Source: Planctomycetaceae bacterium (GTDB lineage: Bacteria; Planctomycetota; Planctomycetia; Pirellulales; Pirellulaceae). Taken from it: DNA of 38,962 nt. Under the pieces are notes generated by a model that saw nothing but the letters and a program-made list of their open reading frames with translations, had not been told where the DNA came from and did not search any database. The stretch's first letter is position 1; the number at the start of each line of letters is the position of its first letter. The position numbers and the translations under genes were made by a program. Of the stretch, positions 29,301-37,343 are shown piece after piece. The stretch is from the NCBI GenBank assembly GCA_003506095.1, contig DNWZ01000159.1, forward strand, positions 1 to 38,962, in the 5' to 3' direction.

Positions 29301-32300
29301 AAATCCGCTTCTAAAAGTGAGTTGTCGACCACGTTGACTTGCAGTGTCGCATTCGTGATGCCGAAACCATCAGCGATGACATATTCAACGGTATCAATCC
29401 CTGAAAACCCAACCGGCGATGTATAGGTGATTTGCTGACCCACAAGCGTGACACTGCCGCCTTGTCCCGTCGTTGGCGTCACGCTTGCAATCGATACAAT
29501 TCCCGTTGGGCTTTGTGCACCGGCGATATCATTCGCCGTCAGCGTTGCACCATCGATTACTTCCGCTACGCCGGGTTCAGCAATCCTTTGGCTGTCCGGC
29601 TTGAATCGAAGCACTGGATCAATCGTTATGTCAAAAACCTGATCGATGAACAAGCCGCCACTATCCGTTGATCGAACACGAATTCGATACGAGCTTTGGG
29701 TCTCGAAGTCGAAAACGGAGACGGCGAGAAGCGAATCCCCAACAATGCTGAAGTCCGAATTGTCATCATCGTCAACGCCCGCAACTAACGTATAAGTATG
29801 CGTATCGCCGATATCCGGATCGGTCGTCGTGAATGTCCCAACCGCAGTTCCGGTTGGGGAATCCGAGGGGATCGAAATGTCAGTCAGCGAGATCGCGGTG
29901 GGTGTTCGATTTATCTCATCCACCGTAACCGTGACCAACGCAGTCTGGTTTGGTGTGTCGGTACCGAGGGGACTATTGGTAATCGTATACGTAAATAGGT
30001 CGATTCCGGTAAATGTATCGTTCGCGACATATAAGATCTGATTGCCACTAATGCTTACCGATCCATTGGTCGGTTGGAAAACCGATACGATTCGCAGGGG
30101 TGGGTTATTTGTTGTGTCATTTTCGAGCACAGCGATCAATACCGCTTGTCCCACACCAACCGTCGCAGTGTCGTCATTTGCCTCGATCGTTAACGTCGAG
30201 GCTTCGAACGCACCGATGTCGTTTCTATCTTCACCGTCAGCATTTCCGTCCTGAAGACGAGGAAAACCCCGCGCATCGGTAGGGAATGGGAACGTGTCGC
30301 TGGCATCAATCGCGGGGCTACCGGGTAACAGCGCGTGGGTCTGAACGGGTCCACCGTTGTCGGCCAGCGGACCAATTCGTGGGTCGACATTGCTTTGATC
30401 GCCTAGTAAATTGAGGCCACCTGATCCGTCGCTGTCGAGATTAAAAAACGCCGAAACGACGCTTCCCGGCCCGGCAAGAAAGTTAGTTCCCGAAGCGTTA
30501 ACACCGATCGGGTCGGCGATCAAACTATAGAGGAAAGAAACAGGCAACGCATTGGATGCCACATTGCTTCCCGCCCCAGACAGCGTGCTGTTCGATGCGA
30601 TGGTGGTAAAACCGATCACGCCTTCAAGTGTGTCATTGATGTTGCTGTAAGCCAGTCCGCCACCAACACCGTCCGCTGCGTTGTTGCTGATGGTGACGTT
30701 GTTTGTTTGCAGGCCCGCATTGACGGCCGCGATGCCACCACCATCGGCTCCAGCCGTGTTCCTCGCGATCGTTGAATCCTCGATTGTCAAGGACGGCGAA
30801 TTATTGCTGCCAATGATGCCGATCCCACCACCTCGCCCACCGGCGATGTTTGATGCAACCGTTGTCCGCCGGATGGATGCATCCGCATCCGCGACGCCAA
30901 TCCCACCAGCATCCACTGCGCTGATGTTGTCTCGGATCACACTGTCAGTGACCGTTAGCCTCACGCGTGGCAGGCTGCCCAAGGTATCATCTTGCGCGAA
31001 TCCTATGCCGCCACCACCCCCAAAGTTGTTTGTTGCGTTATTCCTAGCGATCGTGGAATCGGTGATGGTCAAGTTGGCATTCGCTGATCCGATTCCACCA
31101 CCGAGCGGCGCACGGTTGTCAACAATGGACGTCCGCACGATCGAAACGGTGGGGAAAAAACCTGCGTCTTGCGCGATCGAAATCCCACCGCCACCCTCGT
31201 CGAACGCGAACGCTACAGTAGTAACGACGTTGTTTTGGAATAACGAATCTTCAATCGCGGTGTCCGTTAAGATCGCGACTCCGCCGCCACCGCCGCCATT
31301 GGCGATATTCCCATCAAAGACTGTTTGAGAGATCAATGCCGCCCCGGCATCCAAGAGGTAAAGCCCACCGCCCGCCTCATCGGTCGTATTTCTTAAGAAT
31401 CGACTGTCGGTAATGTCAACCGGACCGACCAGGTATAAATAGGCACCTCCACCCGCCTGTACCGCGATATTTTGATCAAACGTAACGTCTTCAAGAATAA
31501 CCGGCGCACCGAAATCTCCCAAAGCATCCAATCCACCACCAACATTTGAAGCCGAGTTATTGGCAAAGATTGTTCGCGAGATCGTCAACGAGTCGGTTGC
31601 CGATCCGTTAAAGGAAACACCACCACCCGATCCAGCGGCGACTGAATTATTGCGAAACTCGGAATCTTCGATCAGTAACTCATGGTTCGAGCGAATCGCG
31701 CCGCCGCTGCTCGAACTCGATCCCAGGGAGTTTCGTAAGAAATCAGCCCCGCGAATCTCCATTCTGACACCACGATCCGCAAAAATTGCTCCGCCGTCAC
31801 CGATAAAAGCCGTGCTCAATCTCGCTCGATTGTCTCGAAACGAAGTGCCAGTGATGGTTACTAATGAGTTACTTGTGATTGCTTGTTCGGGCAAGAGGTT
31901 GATTCCGCCACCCCCGCCACCTGCATCATTCAAGGTAAACTCGCCATCCGTAATGGTGACAAACCGCATCCCCTCGATGTGAGCTCCTCCACCTTTATCG
32001 GACGCAGTGTTTTGATCAAAAACGACGCTGTCCAATACAGCGCGCGCACCGTTTGGGTCTGTGCCCTCAATAAAAAGTCCGCCTCCAACCTGGCCGCTGT
32101 TTCCTTCAAAGCGAGTGTCAACGATCACGATGGAACCACCGCCCGCCGTCTGGTTTGATGTGACGTACCCAATTCGCGAATAAAATGCGACGCCGCCACC
32201 AACGCCGCTGTCGGAAACACTGTTGTTTCGGATTACAGCCCGATCAAGAAGCAGTGATGCATCATCAGCAAAAATTGCTCCACCAGCAAACGCAAAGCTC

Positions 32301-32944
32301 GGATCCAACACACGATTGTTTTGCAACACGCTATTGACGACTTCTAGGTTAGCAAACGAAGCTCGAACACCTCCACCCTCTTCGATAGTCAAGCCATTTT
32401 GAATTGTCAGCGATTCAAGACGAACATCAACGATAAAGACTCCGTTACCCTGAACGTTAAAGACACTGTCAAGGTTTTGTCCATCGATGATGACATCACT
32501 CGGCACGCCGGTCATTCCGATGATCGACACAGGGTCCAGGATGTCGAGCGAGCCTTCGGTTTGGTCGGCTAAGATATCATTGGCAATCGTAAGGTTATAG
32601 GTTCCGGCAGGTACCCGGATGATGTCGGCGTTTGGGTTGTTATTAGCCGCGATGATTGCAGACCTTAAGGAACACCCAATGTTTCCAATACCGTCGATTC
32701 CACATATGCCACTGGCCGTATCGGCTGTCGTGTCAACGATGTAAGTCGCCAATACTCGCCGCGACTCAAGTACTTCCATTGCCAAACGATGACGATGCAG
32801 ACGCGATCGCTTGGCTTTCGATCCACTCGCACTGGTTCGACGCAATTTTCGCATCCATCGCCCGATGACTGCTGCGGTAACCTGATGCGCGGAATTGCCG
32901 GCTGGCGGAGCGGATGAGCGTCGCATAGCGTGCTGCCAAGACAA
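26330..32944 (-). CDS. Giant secreted surface protein (up to 2204 aa): right-handed beta-helix (PMP-like / choice-of-anchor-Q-like) repeats, cadherin/Ig-like domains, DUF11-like repeat, FG-GAP/VCBS propeller, two C-terminal dockerin-type repeats
   Basis: N-terminal 'RLAMEVLESRRVLA' followed by 'CSLRSAIIAANNNPNADIIRVPAGTYNL'. Many 'GGG(I/V/L)...N(N/T)' turns. 'DPRIGPLADNGGPVQTHALLPGSPAIDA'. Cadherin-like 'FDFETQSSYRIRVRSTDSGG'. FG-GAP 'DDFNGDGQPDF', 'DINGDSHLDLVV', 'DINGDGRLDLV'. Dockerin 'DINRDGAIAPLDALLVLNEI' and 'DVNGDGVVTPLDALLILNRI' (26435-26623). The start is uncertain: TTG at 32944, ATG at 32926, ATG at 32854. Confidence 0.9.
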   Translation of the reverse strand: MSWQHAMRRSSAPPAGNSAHQVTAAVIGRWMRKLRRTSASGSKAKRSRLHRHRLAMEVLESRRVLATYIVDTTADTASGICGIDGIGNIGCSLRSAIIAANNNPNADIIRVPAGTYNLTIANDILADQTEGSLDILDPVSIIGMTGVPSDVIIDGQNLDSVFNVQGNGVFIVDVRLESLTIQNGLTIEEGGGVRASFANLEVVNSVLQNNRVLDPSFAFAGGAIFADDASLLLDRAVIRNNSVSDSGVGGGVAFYSRIGYVTSNQTAGGGSIVIVDTRFEGNSGQVGGGLFIEGTDPNGARAVLDSVVFDQNTASDKGGGAHIEGMRFVTITDGEFTLNDAGGGGGGINLLPEQAITSNSLVTITGTSFRDNRARLSTAFIGDGGAIFADRGVRMEIRGADFLRNSLGSSSSSGGAIRSNHELLIEDSEFRNNSVAAGSGGGVSFNGSATDSLTISRTIFANNSASNVGGGLDALGDFGAPVILEDVTFDQNIAVQAGGGAYLYLVGPVDITDSRFLRNTTDEAGGGLYLLDAGAALISQTVFDGNIANGGGGGGVAILTDTAIEDSLFQNNVVTTVAFAFDEGGGGISIAQDAGFFPTVSIVRTSIVDNRAPLGGGIGSANANLTITDSTIARNNATNNFGGGGGIGFAQDDTLGSLPRVRLTVTDSVIRDNISAVDAGGIGVADADASIRRTTVASNIAGGRGGGIGIIGSNNSPSLTIEDSTIARNTAGADGGGIAAVNAGLQTNNVTISNNAADGVGGGLAYSNINDTLEGVIGFTTIASNSTLSGAGSNVASNALPVSFLYSLIADPIGVNASGTNFLAGPGSVVSAFFNLDSDGSGGLNLLGDQSNVDPRIGPLADNGGPVQTHALLPGSPAIDASDTFPFPTDARGFPRLQDGNADGEDRNDIGAFEASTLTIEANDDTATVGVGQAVLIAVLENDTTNNPPLRIVSVFQPTNGSVSISGNQILYVANDTFTGIDLFTYTITNSPLGTDTPNQTALVTVTVDEINRTPTAISLTDISIPSDSPTGTAVGTFTTTDPDIGDTHTYTLVAGVDDDDNSDFSIVGDSLLAVSVFDFETQSSYRIRVRSTDSGGLFIDQVFDITIDPVLRFKPDSQRIAEPGVAEVIDGATLTANDIAGAQSPTGIVSIASVTPTTGQGGSVTLVGQQITYTSPVGFSGIDTVEYVIADGFGITNATLQVNVVDNSLLEADLATSTLRNQAQVAVNDLFSYTIFVDNLSLATATNVVVVTTIGSLAFIDGFSASMGTVVIDSFSNTATWTLPSIPPLTTFSYTLGATAGSQGVLVTTSNASSSEIDPNLLNNLSTDTVTIASSLGVELHTLSTGNEDGDIQIDVDAFGIFGTAAFSGADPIPLADFDPVGPLGSMDVVARSILGFRPQGRLEFSPLVRNAPGVVITQQIDGTLASATSAFTVGELSVALDQSVAATFHPDGSRAGAQLRQVYTVFNASNGPLSFDLARFLDADLIFESSFGADGGGVLIDSNGRLIAFITDNDGTASTNTPFVAMTTSGGDSLTSDRFDIDRESLLESRLFDPTVATSLRNAVSGDINADGFVDSGQGYDSAAALRNAFTLSPGQSIVYLTDTIFGTRPDSLLPPAVSGDLTGHVFCDINGNGIEDLGEAAAGALVFVDLNENRIFDSVLGEPHAFADLQGNYSIFFDNLPPGQRANVVVVNPPGCFPNVPEIGVTRSSLTTGMLSRDIATIFNPQTGLDELLVINELGNDLVRLRQAGSGGGIGVGGGPAFEIGGIASTFSISSTTSLGKRPYALSVYQPSGQLPTIAVAAIGTGAADPGLLYVIDDSGVREFSAGDGPIAVVVDDFNGDGQPDFITASFRDGKILARLSGVDEPIEIAQGLVPRSISKADINGDSHLDLVVVTTGFRGDSGSEVIILLGDGEGGFSPLRGSISRGEAIDVVVGDFDGSGSDQLVIANFSGTIEIFKVDPVTGALQQMTSLMVGAGVTAVAAEDINGDGRLDLVTVNPRAETIEIFIGQADRPFMQNRTISGVVTPGALAIGRFDSDPILDIAVTNLFSTSNPYRLPSTVTILGLTVTEREVMLSQTQRTTADFGFMQFGSTPLPRLTPSEFRHDINRDGAIAPLDALLVLNEIGGPNSGIGEGETVRRVGPRYKFDVNGDGVVTPLDALLILNRIASDQQALLLATAVMDDDDNRISAIDQVMAEAMLF
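30200..32749 (-). repeat. Tandem degenerate beta-helix coil repeats (about 25 aa per coil) inside the giant protein gene
   Basis: The pattern 'GGG(G)(I/V/L)...(I/L/V)xDSxFxxN' recurs about 20 or more times between aa 66 and 915. Its GGx-rich codons create the Pro-rich antisense shadow ORF at 30681-31328. Confidence 0.6.
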
Positions 32945-33213
32945 AGAGAGGTGGGAGGCTTCCGCGTAGTCGAAAAGTCTCGAGACTTGCGAGCCCGAAG
33001 AGGAAAGACCGCGATGTTAGTTGCGATTCGATACAGGTGCAACAACTTCCCCAACAGGACTAGTCGCTCGGTCACCAGAACCAATAATCGACCGAACATC
33101 GCTTATTATGGGTGGATGATGAGTACCACCAAAAAACCCATACGCTTTATTGCGCACTTGTCAGTAAGTCGACCTGGCAGGATTCTTGGATTAGCAGTGA
33201 ATCACGTTTAAAT

Positions 33214-33741
33214 TTACTGCGTATCACTCTCTGCCGCCGCTTGTAAGGTTTTGACCATGGGTGGTTCATAAGCGACAAGAATCAGACGTTTTATCGTGGG
33301 GCATTGTGGAAGAGTGCTATGGATCGTTCGCACAGCAATCGCGGCTGCCTGTTCAGGTGGATAAGCATAGATCCCGCAACTGATCGCCGGAAACGCGATC
33401 GATTTCAGGTTGTGCGACTGGGCCAACAGCATCGATTCACGATAGCACGACGCTAACAATTTCGCTTCGCCACCACCGCCACCCCGCCAAATCGGACCGA
33501 CGGTGTGAATCACAAACCGCGATGGCAATCGAAACGCTGGCGTGATTCGCGACTCGCCTGTCGGGCATCGCACACCGGGCCTAAGCTCGTCCATCGCTCG
33601 ACATGCCTCCAGCAGTTCGGGACCAGCGGCACGATGGATCGCCCCATCGACCCCACCGCCGCCGAGCATCCGTTCGTTAGCCGCGTTGACAATCACGTCG
33701 ACTTGCAACTTTGTAATGTCGCCGCTGATGACTTCAATCAA
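33214..33741 (-). CDS. MacroD/YmdB-type macrodomain protein (ADP-ribose / O-acetyl-ADP-ribose hydrolase)
   Basis: 'GDITKLQVDVIVNAANERMLGGGGVDGAIHRAAGPELLEAC', 'VIHTVGPIW', 'SIAFPAISCGIYAYP'. The start is TTG at 33741, 4 nt after the PARP stop, with GAGG 9 nt upstream. Confidence 0.9.
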   Translation of the reverse strand: MIEVISGDITKLQVDVIVNAANERMLGGGGVDGAIHRAAGPELLEACRAMDELRPGVRCPTGESRITPAFRLPSRFVIHTVGPIWRGGGGGEAKLLASCYRESMLLAQSHNLKSIAFPAISCGIYAYPPEQAAAIAVRTIHSTLPQCPTIKRLILVAYEPPMVKTLQAAAESDTQ

Positions 33742-33745
33742 TTTT

Positions 33746-35341
33746 CTAAACCTCGAACTCGACTAGATATCGCATCTCTTGTTGGTTCGTATCGAACACG
33801 ATGTACTCATTGTTTTGAACCCCACTGACACCCGCTTTTCCAAAAATCGAGTGGTGTTCTTTCGGTGGTGCGGTGAATCCATGAGCCTGATCGGCGACGT
33901 GAGGAACCCCAAGACAGACATCCATGGCAAACATAAATGCCCCACGACGCGCCACCGCACCACTGCCTCGGCTCCAGTAACTGTTGTTCAAACTTGTATA
34001 GCCAGCCGATTTTTTCCAATCGTCAGCAAAGTACAACCCCGGCCCGAACATCGCGCCGGTGATCACCACTCCAACCAACTCCTTCGGCAATCGCAACGAT
34101 TCTTTCATGATCCCCCGCACATTCACGCTACGCGTACCATGAAACAATAATGCGGTGTTGGAGGCGGTGTACTGTTTTCGTGCAGTCGGGGTAAGATCGA
34201 ATCGCGTTTTGGGTTGATGCAACGCCCGTTCGCTTATCTTGGTTTTCTGTTTTATGACTTTGGCCTGAGCCTTATCAAGTTTCCCAGAATCTGCTTTCCG
34301 CGTGACCCGCCAAAGATTGCGGATCTTCATGTCACCGATATAGCTGTGCCGATTTGCCGTCGCAGCCGGCCACCAAGGATAAAGTTTTTTGCCCAAGGTC
34401 GAATCCGGGGGAATGTATTCCATGTCGATGTTCAGCTCTGACAAGGGATCGACTTGAGTGACCGGGTCAATGTCGATCGCGTCGAGTGCACTCTCGAACG
34501 CGTCCAAGTCGTTTTGCCAAACCAGAATGTTGTCTTTCGTCAACAGCCATTCTTCGGGTTGGGCACGCAACGCCTTGCGTCGTGGAATGCGTCCATACAT
34601 CAAGTTGGTCATCGCGATCAACTCTTTATCCTTGACCTGTTTTTTAACGTCGTCACCCACCTTAGTCAGCCGTTTTTGAGCTTCTGCGAGGATCGTCCTT
34701 GCTTCTTCAATCGCAGCCTGCGTCGGCAAGCTTTCATCAGCCATGCTGCCGCGGGTGTAAGCGATCGTCGCCACGGAAAGATCGGTCAGCAACTGAAGTG
34801 TGTGGGCGTCGACCTTCTTTCCTTTTTTTACCGCTGCTTTCTTCTTGCCCGTTTCAACCTCAGCCACTGGTTTCGGCTTCGCACCGTCGTTGATTTTGAT
34901 GCTGCGGGCGTCGGGCAATCCCGTGCTGCGGGTCGCCATCGGCCGCACCAAATAACAGTCTTTGCCGGCGCAGGCCTGCAGCGTTCTTAGTCCCGCAACG
35001 GTCACCCACTGGCCACGTCGATCATTCTTGGAATGCAACTGCGACGCGAACTCGCGTTGGGCATCCTGTTCATCCCGACAGGCAACGAATTGAAAGCTCG
35101 GTCGCGCCGCTCCCGTTCGCCCCCATTCGAAATAGGCGTACCAATCCTTCTTGGATTTATGCTGAACGACGGCACCATGGTAATACTTGTTGGTGTCCTT
35201 GCCGTCTTGAGTAAAGCAACCGAGGTCTGCGATCTTTACGGTTTGAAAATCGCCATCCACAGTCGCTGGCGGGCCGAAACAATCGAAATCACCTGCTGTT
35301 GATCCATCCGGAAACGTGTCCTTGGCTAGCTTCGACCCCAT
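33746..35341 (-). CDS. Poly/mono(ADP-ribose) polymerase homologue with eukaryote-like WGR, helical regulatory (HD) and catalytic domains
   Basis: WGR 'KYYHGAVVQHKSKKDWYAYFEWGRTGA'. HD 'SLPTQAAIEEARTILAEAQ...LIAMTNLMYGRIPRR'. Catalytic 'LLFHGTRSVNVRGI' (His 34139-34141), 'GAMFGPGLYFADDWKKSAGY' (Tyr 34031-34033) and 'NNEYIVFD' (Glu 33806-33808). The ATG at 35341 has GGGAG 7 nt upstream. Confidence 0.9.
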   Translation of the reverse strand: MGSKLAKDTFPDGSTAGDFDCFGPPATVDGDFQTVKIADLGCFTQDGKDTNKYYHGAVVQHKSKKDWYAYFEWGRTGAARPSFQFVACRDEQDAQREFASQLHSKNDRRGQWVTVAGLRTLQACAGKDCYLVRPMATRSTGLPDARSIKINDGAKPKPVAEVETGKKKAAVKKGKKVDAHTLQLLTDLSVATIAYTRGSMADESLPTQAAIEEARTILAEAQKRLTKVGDDVKKQVKDKELIAMTNLMYGRIPRRKALRAQPEEWLLTKDNILVWQNDLDAFESALDAIDIDPVTQVDPLSELNIDMEYIPPDSTLGKKLYPWWPAATANRHSYIGDMKIRNLWRVTRKADSGKLDKAQAKVIKQKTKISERALHQPKTRFDLTPTARKQYTASNTALLFHGTRSVNVRGIMKESLRLPKELVGVVITGAMFGPGLYFADDWKKSAGYTSLNNSYWSRGSGAVARRGAFMFAMDVCLGVPHVADQAHGFTAPPKEHHSIFGKAGVSGVQNNEYIVFDTNQQEMRYLVEFEV

Positions 35342-35379
35342 TGAGTTGCTCCCTAAGGCATAAGTCTTTCAGATAAGTC

Positions 35380-37341
35380 CTAGCTTCTAACCTGGCTCAA
35401 TTGCTTTTTCATCTCGCGAGCCAACGCGGGGCGAGTGGCCGCTACATAAGCAATCATGCCACTCATATAAGCGCGAAAATTGGGATGATGATGTTTGTTT
35501 TGTGAATCGAGCCCCTCGGTTGCCGCATGATGCAGGATCGATCGCAAACGCCGCAGCTCCTTTCGCGTTACACTGACCCGGTCGTTGACGATCAATCCTG
35601 TCACGACCTGAGCTTGATGCCTTCGCTGAACCCGTGTCTTCTTTTCGTTGATCGCGAACCCTTCATCGGCTGTGATGTGACGCAGTCGTGCCATCACATA
35701 TCCCAAACGTCGGCCGAGTTCGTCGCCACCAGAAAGTGTGATGTCGTCAGCATAGCGTGTGTATCGGATGTCAAATTTGGTGGCCAATCCGGACAACCGT
35801 CGATCCAATCGCATCGCGACTAGATTGGATAACGCCGGCGAGGTGCAGGCCCCTTGAGGCAATCCACGCGGGCCGGTCGCGACATAGTAGGTTTGGCCAT
35901 CGTAAACGACTTCACGGCGTGGACATTCGGTACAGATCAAGGCGAGGATCGTCGCCACCGCCGGTGAATAACCTAAACAACGAAAGACCTTGCGGATTCG
36001 TGTCCAGTGGATCGACGGAAAAAAGTTCTCTAAGTCGGCATTGATCAAGACCGCTTGCCCAACATGCAGTTTGGCACTGGTAACAATCGATCGCTCAGGA
36101 ACAAATCCGTGCGCTGCGTCATGAACCTTCACCCCACGCAGTATTGAACTGTAAATCCAACGTTGCGCCGCGGCTAAGCGGACGTGAGGTGCCGATAACT
36201 TACGAACCCCGCCGGAACGTTTGGCGATCTCGAACGAAACATAATGAGTGCGAGTGGCGACGTCGGCATGGAATGCCAGCCAACGCAAGTTGGAAACCGT
36301 TGTTCCCATCACTGCGGCTAGTTCGGCAGGTGTCGAAGCGAGCGGCAATTCGAGTTTTTCTAGTTTGGCCAAATCGCTCGTTCGATCAGCCAACCCTTGG
36401 GAAACGCCACGTCCCAAAAACAGGATGTCGTTAGCCCGGCGATGTTCGATTTCAGCACGCCGTTTCGCTTTGCGTTCGGCTGCTTCCGCTTTCTTTTTTG
36501 CCTTGGCTTCGGCCCGCGCCTGGCGATCGGCATCGACGGCGGCTTGACCCGCGAGAGCCCCCTCGCTGCGGATTCGAGTCACTTCACCAGAATGCTTGGC
36601 ATACAGATCACCGATCCGATGCATTTCGGCCAGCTCTTCGGCTGACAACATTCCAGCGGATAACATGCCGCGATCGATCAACAGGGTGCGCGGATCATTC
36701 ACGGGAGGAATCATGTCGCGTCGTCCAAACCAGATGTTGGACCACAAACTGAGCCCGCTGGCTTGACGAATCAAGTCGTCACGTTGAATCGGCAAAAATG
36801 CAGATGCGGTTAGATTGAGAACCTTTCGTATCGTACCGGTCGTTTTTGGATTATCAGGATTCGCCGGGGATGGAGTTTTTGAACCCGAATGCGTTGCATC
36901 GTCGGTGGTCGGGTTGCCAGCATCGCTTGTCGTTCCGCCACCCAAAAAGTTCCAAACACGTCGGATCAAACCGCCACTTCGTCCGCTGGTGCTGCCTTGC
37001 CCAACAGCAGGCGGCGTGGCTTGGCCGGGTCTGTTTGCCGGTGGTGACACGGGCGCTGCACCGCTGGCGGTTGAACGATAGGTTGTAAGATCGGCGTCGA
37101 ACCTGTGATAAACGAAAGGTCGCGCACCACCGCCTAAGTCGAGCACAGTACGTCGATAGTCGGCCCCCATCGATCCGTTTTGAAATAAAGCTTGCACCAA
37201 GTCGCGAGCTTCACCGTGTCGGATAAACGCACCCTGGCTTCTGGCTTCGGTGGTGATGTCGAATGCCGAAAACGACTCGCCAGCCGCGGCGCGTCGCCGA
37301 GTGATATCAGTAACGATTTTTTGGGCGTTTGAATCAGCCAT
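35380..37341 (-). CDS. Reverse transcriptase, retron/retron-like clade, with a roughly 330-aa N-terminal extension
   Basis: RT core at about 35569-36351: 'YVSFEIAKRSGGVRKLSAP', 'LINADLENFFPSI', 'GLPQGACTSPALSNL', 'RYADDITLSG' (YADD at 35743-35754) and 'QVVTGLIVND'. The track start at 37368 is TTG. The ATG at 37341 (MADSNAQ) lies 2 nt after the SWIM gene stop. Confidence 0.9.
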   Translation of the reverse strand: MADSNAQKIVTDITRRRAAAGESFSAFDITTEARSQGAFIRHGEARDLVQALFQNGSMGADYRRTVLDLGGGARPFVYHRFDADLTTYRSTASGAAPVSPPANRPGQATPPAVGQGSTSGRSGGLIRRVWNFLGGGTTSDAGNPTTDDATHSGSKTPSPANPDNPKTTGTIRKVLNLTASAFLPIQRDDLIRQASGLSLWSNIWFGRRDMIPPVNDPRTLLIDRGMLSAGMLSAEELAEMHRIGDLYAKHSGEVTRIRSEGALAGQAAVDADRQARAEAKAKKKAEAAERKAKRRAEIEHRRANDILFLGRGVSQGLADRTSDLAKLEKLELPLASTPAELAAVMGTTVSNLRWLAFHADVATRTHYVSFEIAKRSGGVRKLSAPHVRLAAAQRWIYSSILRGVKVHDAAHGFVPERSIVTSAKLHVGQAVLINADLENFFPSIHWTRIRKVFRCLGYSPAVATILALICTECPRREVVYDGQTYYVATGPRGLPQGACTSPALSNLVAMRLDRRLSGLATKFDIRYTRYADDITLSGGDELGRRLGYVMARLRHITADEGFAINEKKTRVQRRHQAQVVTGLIVNDRVSVTRKELRRLRSILHHAATEGLDSQNKHHHPNFRAYMSGMIAYVAATRPALAREMKKQLSQVRS

Positions 37342-37343
37342 CG

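Noticed and set aside
30681-31328. 215-aa plus-strand ORF rich in Pro and Ala, inside the giant protein gene
   Set aside because: It is the antisense shadow of the GGx/GCx-rich beta-helix repeats (GGG codons read as CCC). It has no independent start context or motifs.
32945-33213. 269-nt non-coding spacer downstream of the macrodomain gene, examined as a possible retron-like ncRNA locus or terminator. It contains the perfect palindromes AAGTCTCGAGACTT (32975-32988) and GACTAGTC.
   Set aside because: There are only short palindromes. I found no long flanking inverted repeats typical of msr/msd and no stem followed by a T-run in the minus-strand sense. The 93-aa ORF at 32930-33211 is highly basic and looks non-coding. 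The region most likely just holds the promoter and 5' UTR of the giant gene. A computational fold would be needed to say more.
34454-34990. 178-aa plus-strand ORF antisense to the PARP gene, along with 33779-34150 and other short ORFs there
   Set aside because: The minus-strand frame carries unambiguous WGR/HD/PARP motifs along its whole length. The antisense ORFs have no recognisable features.
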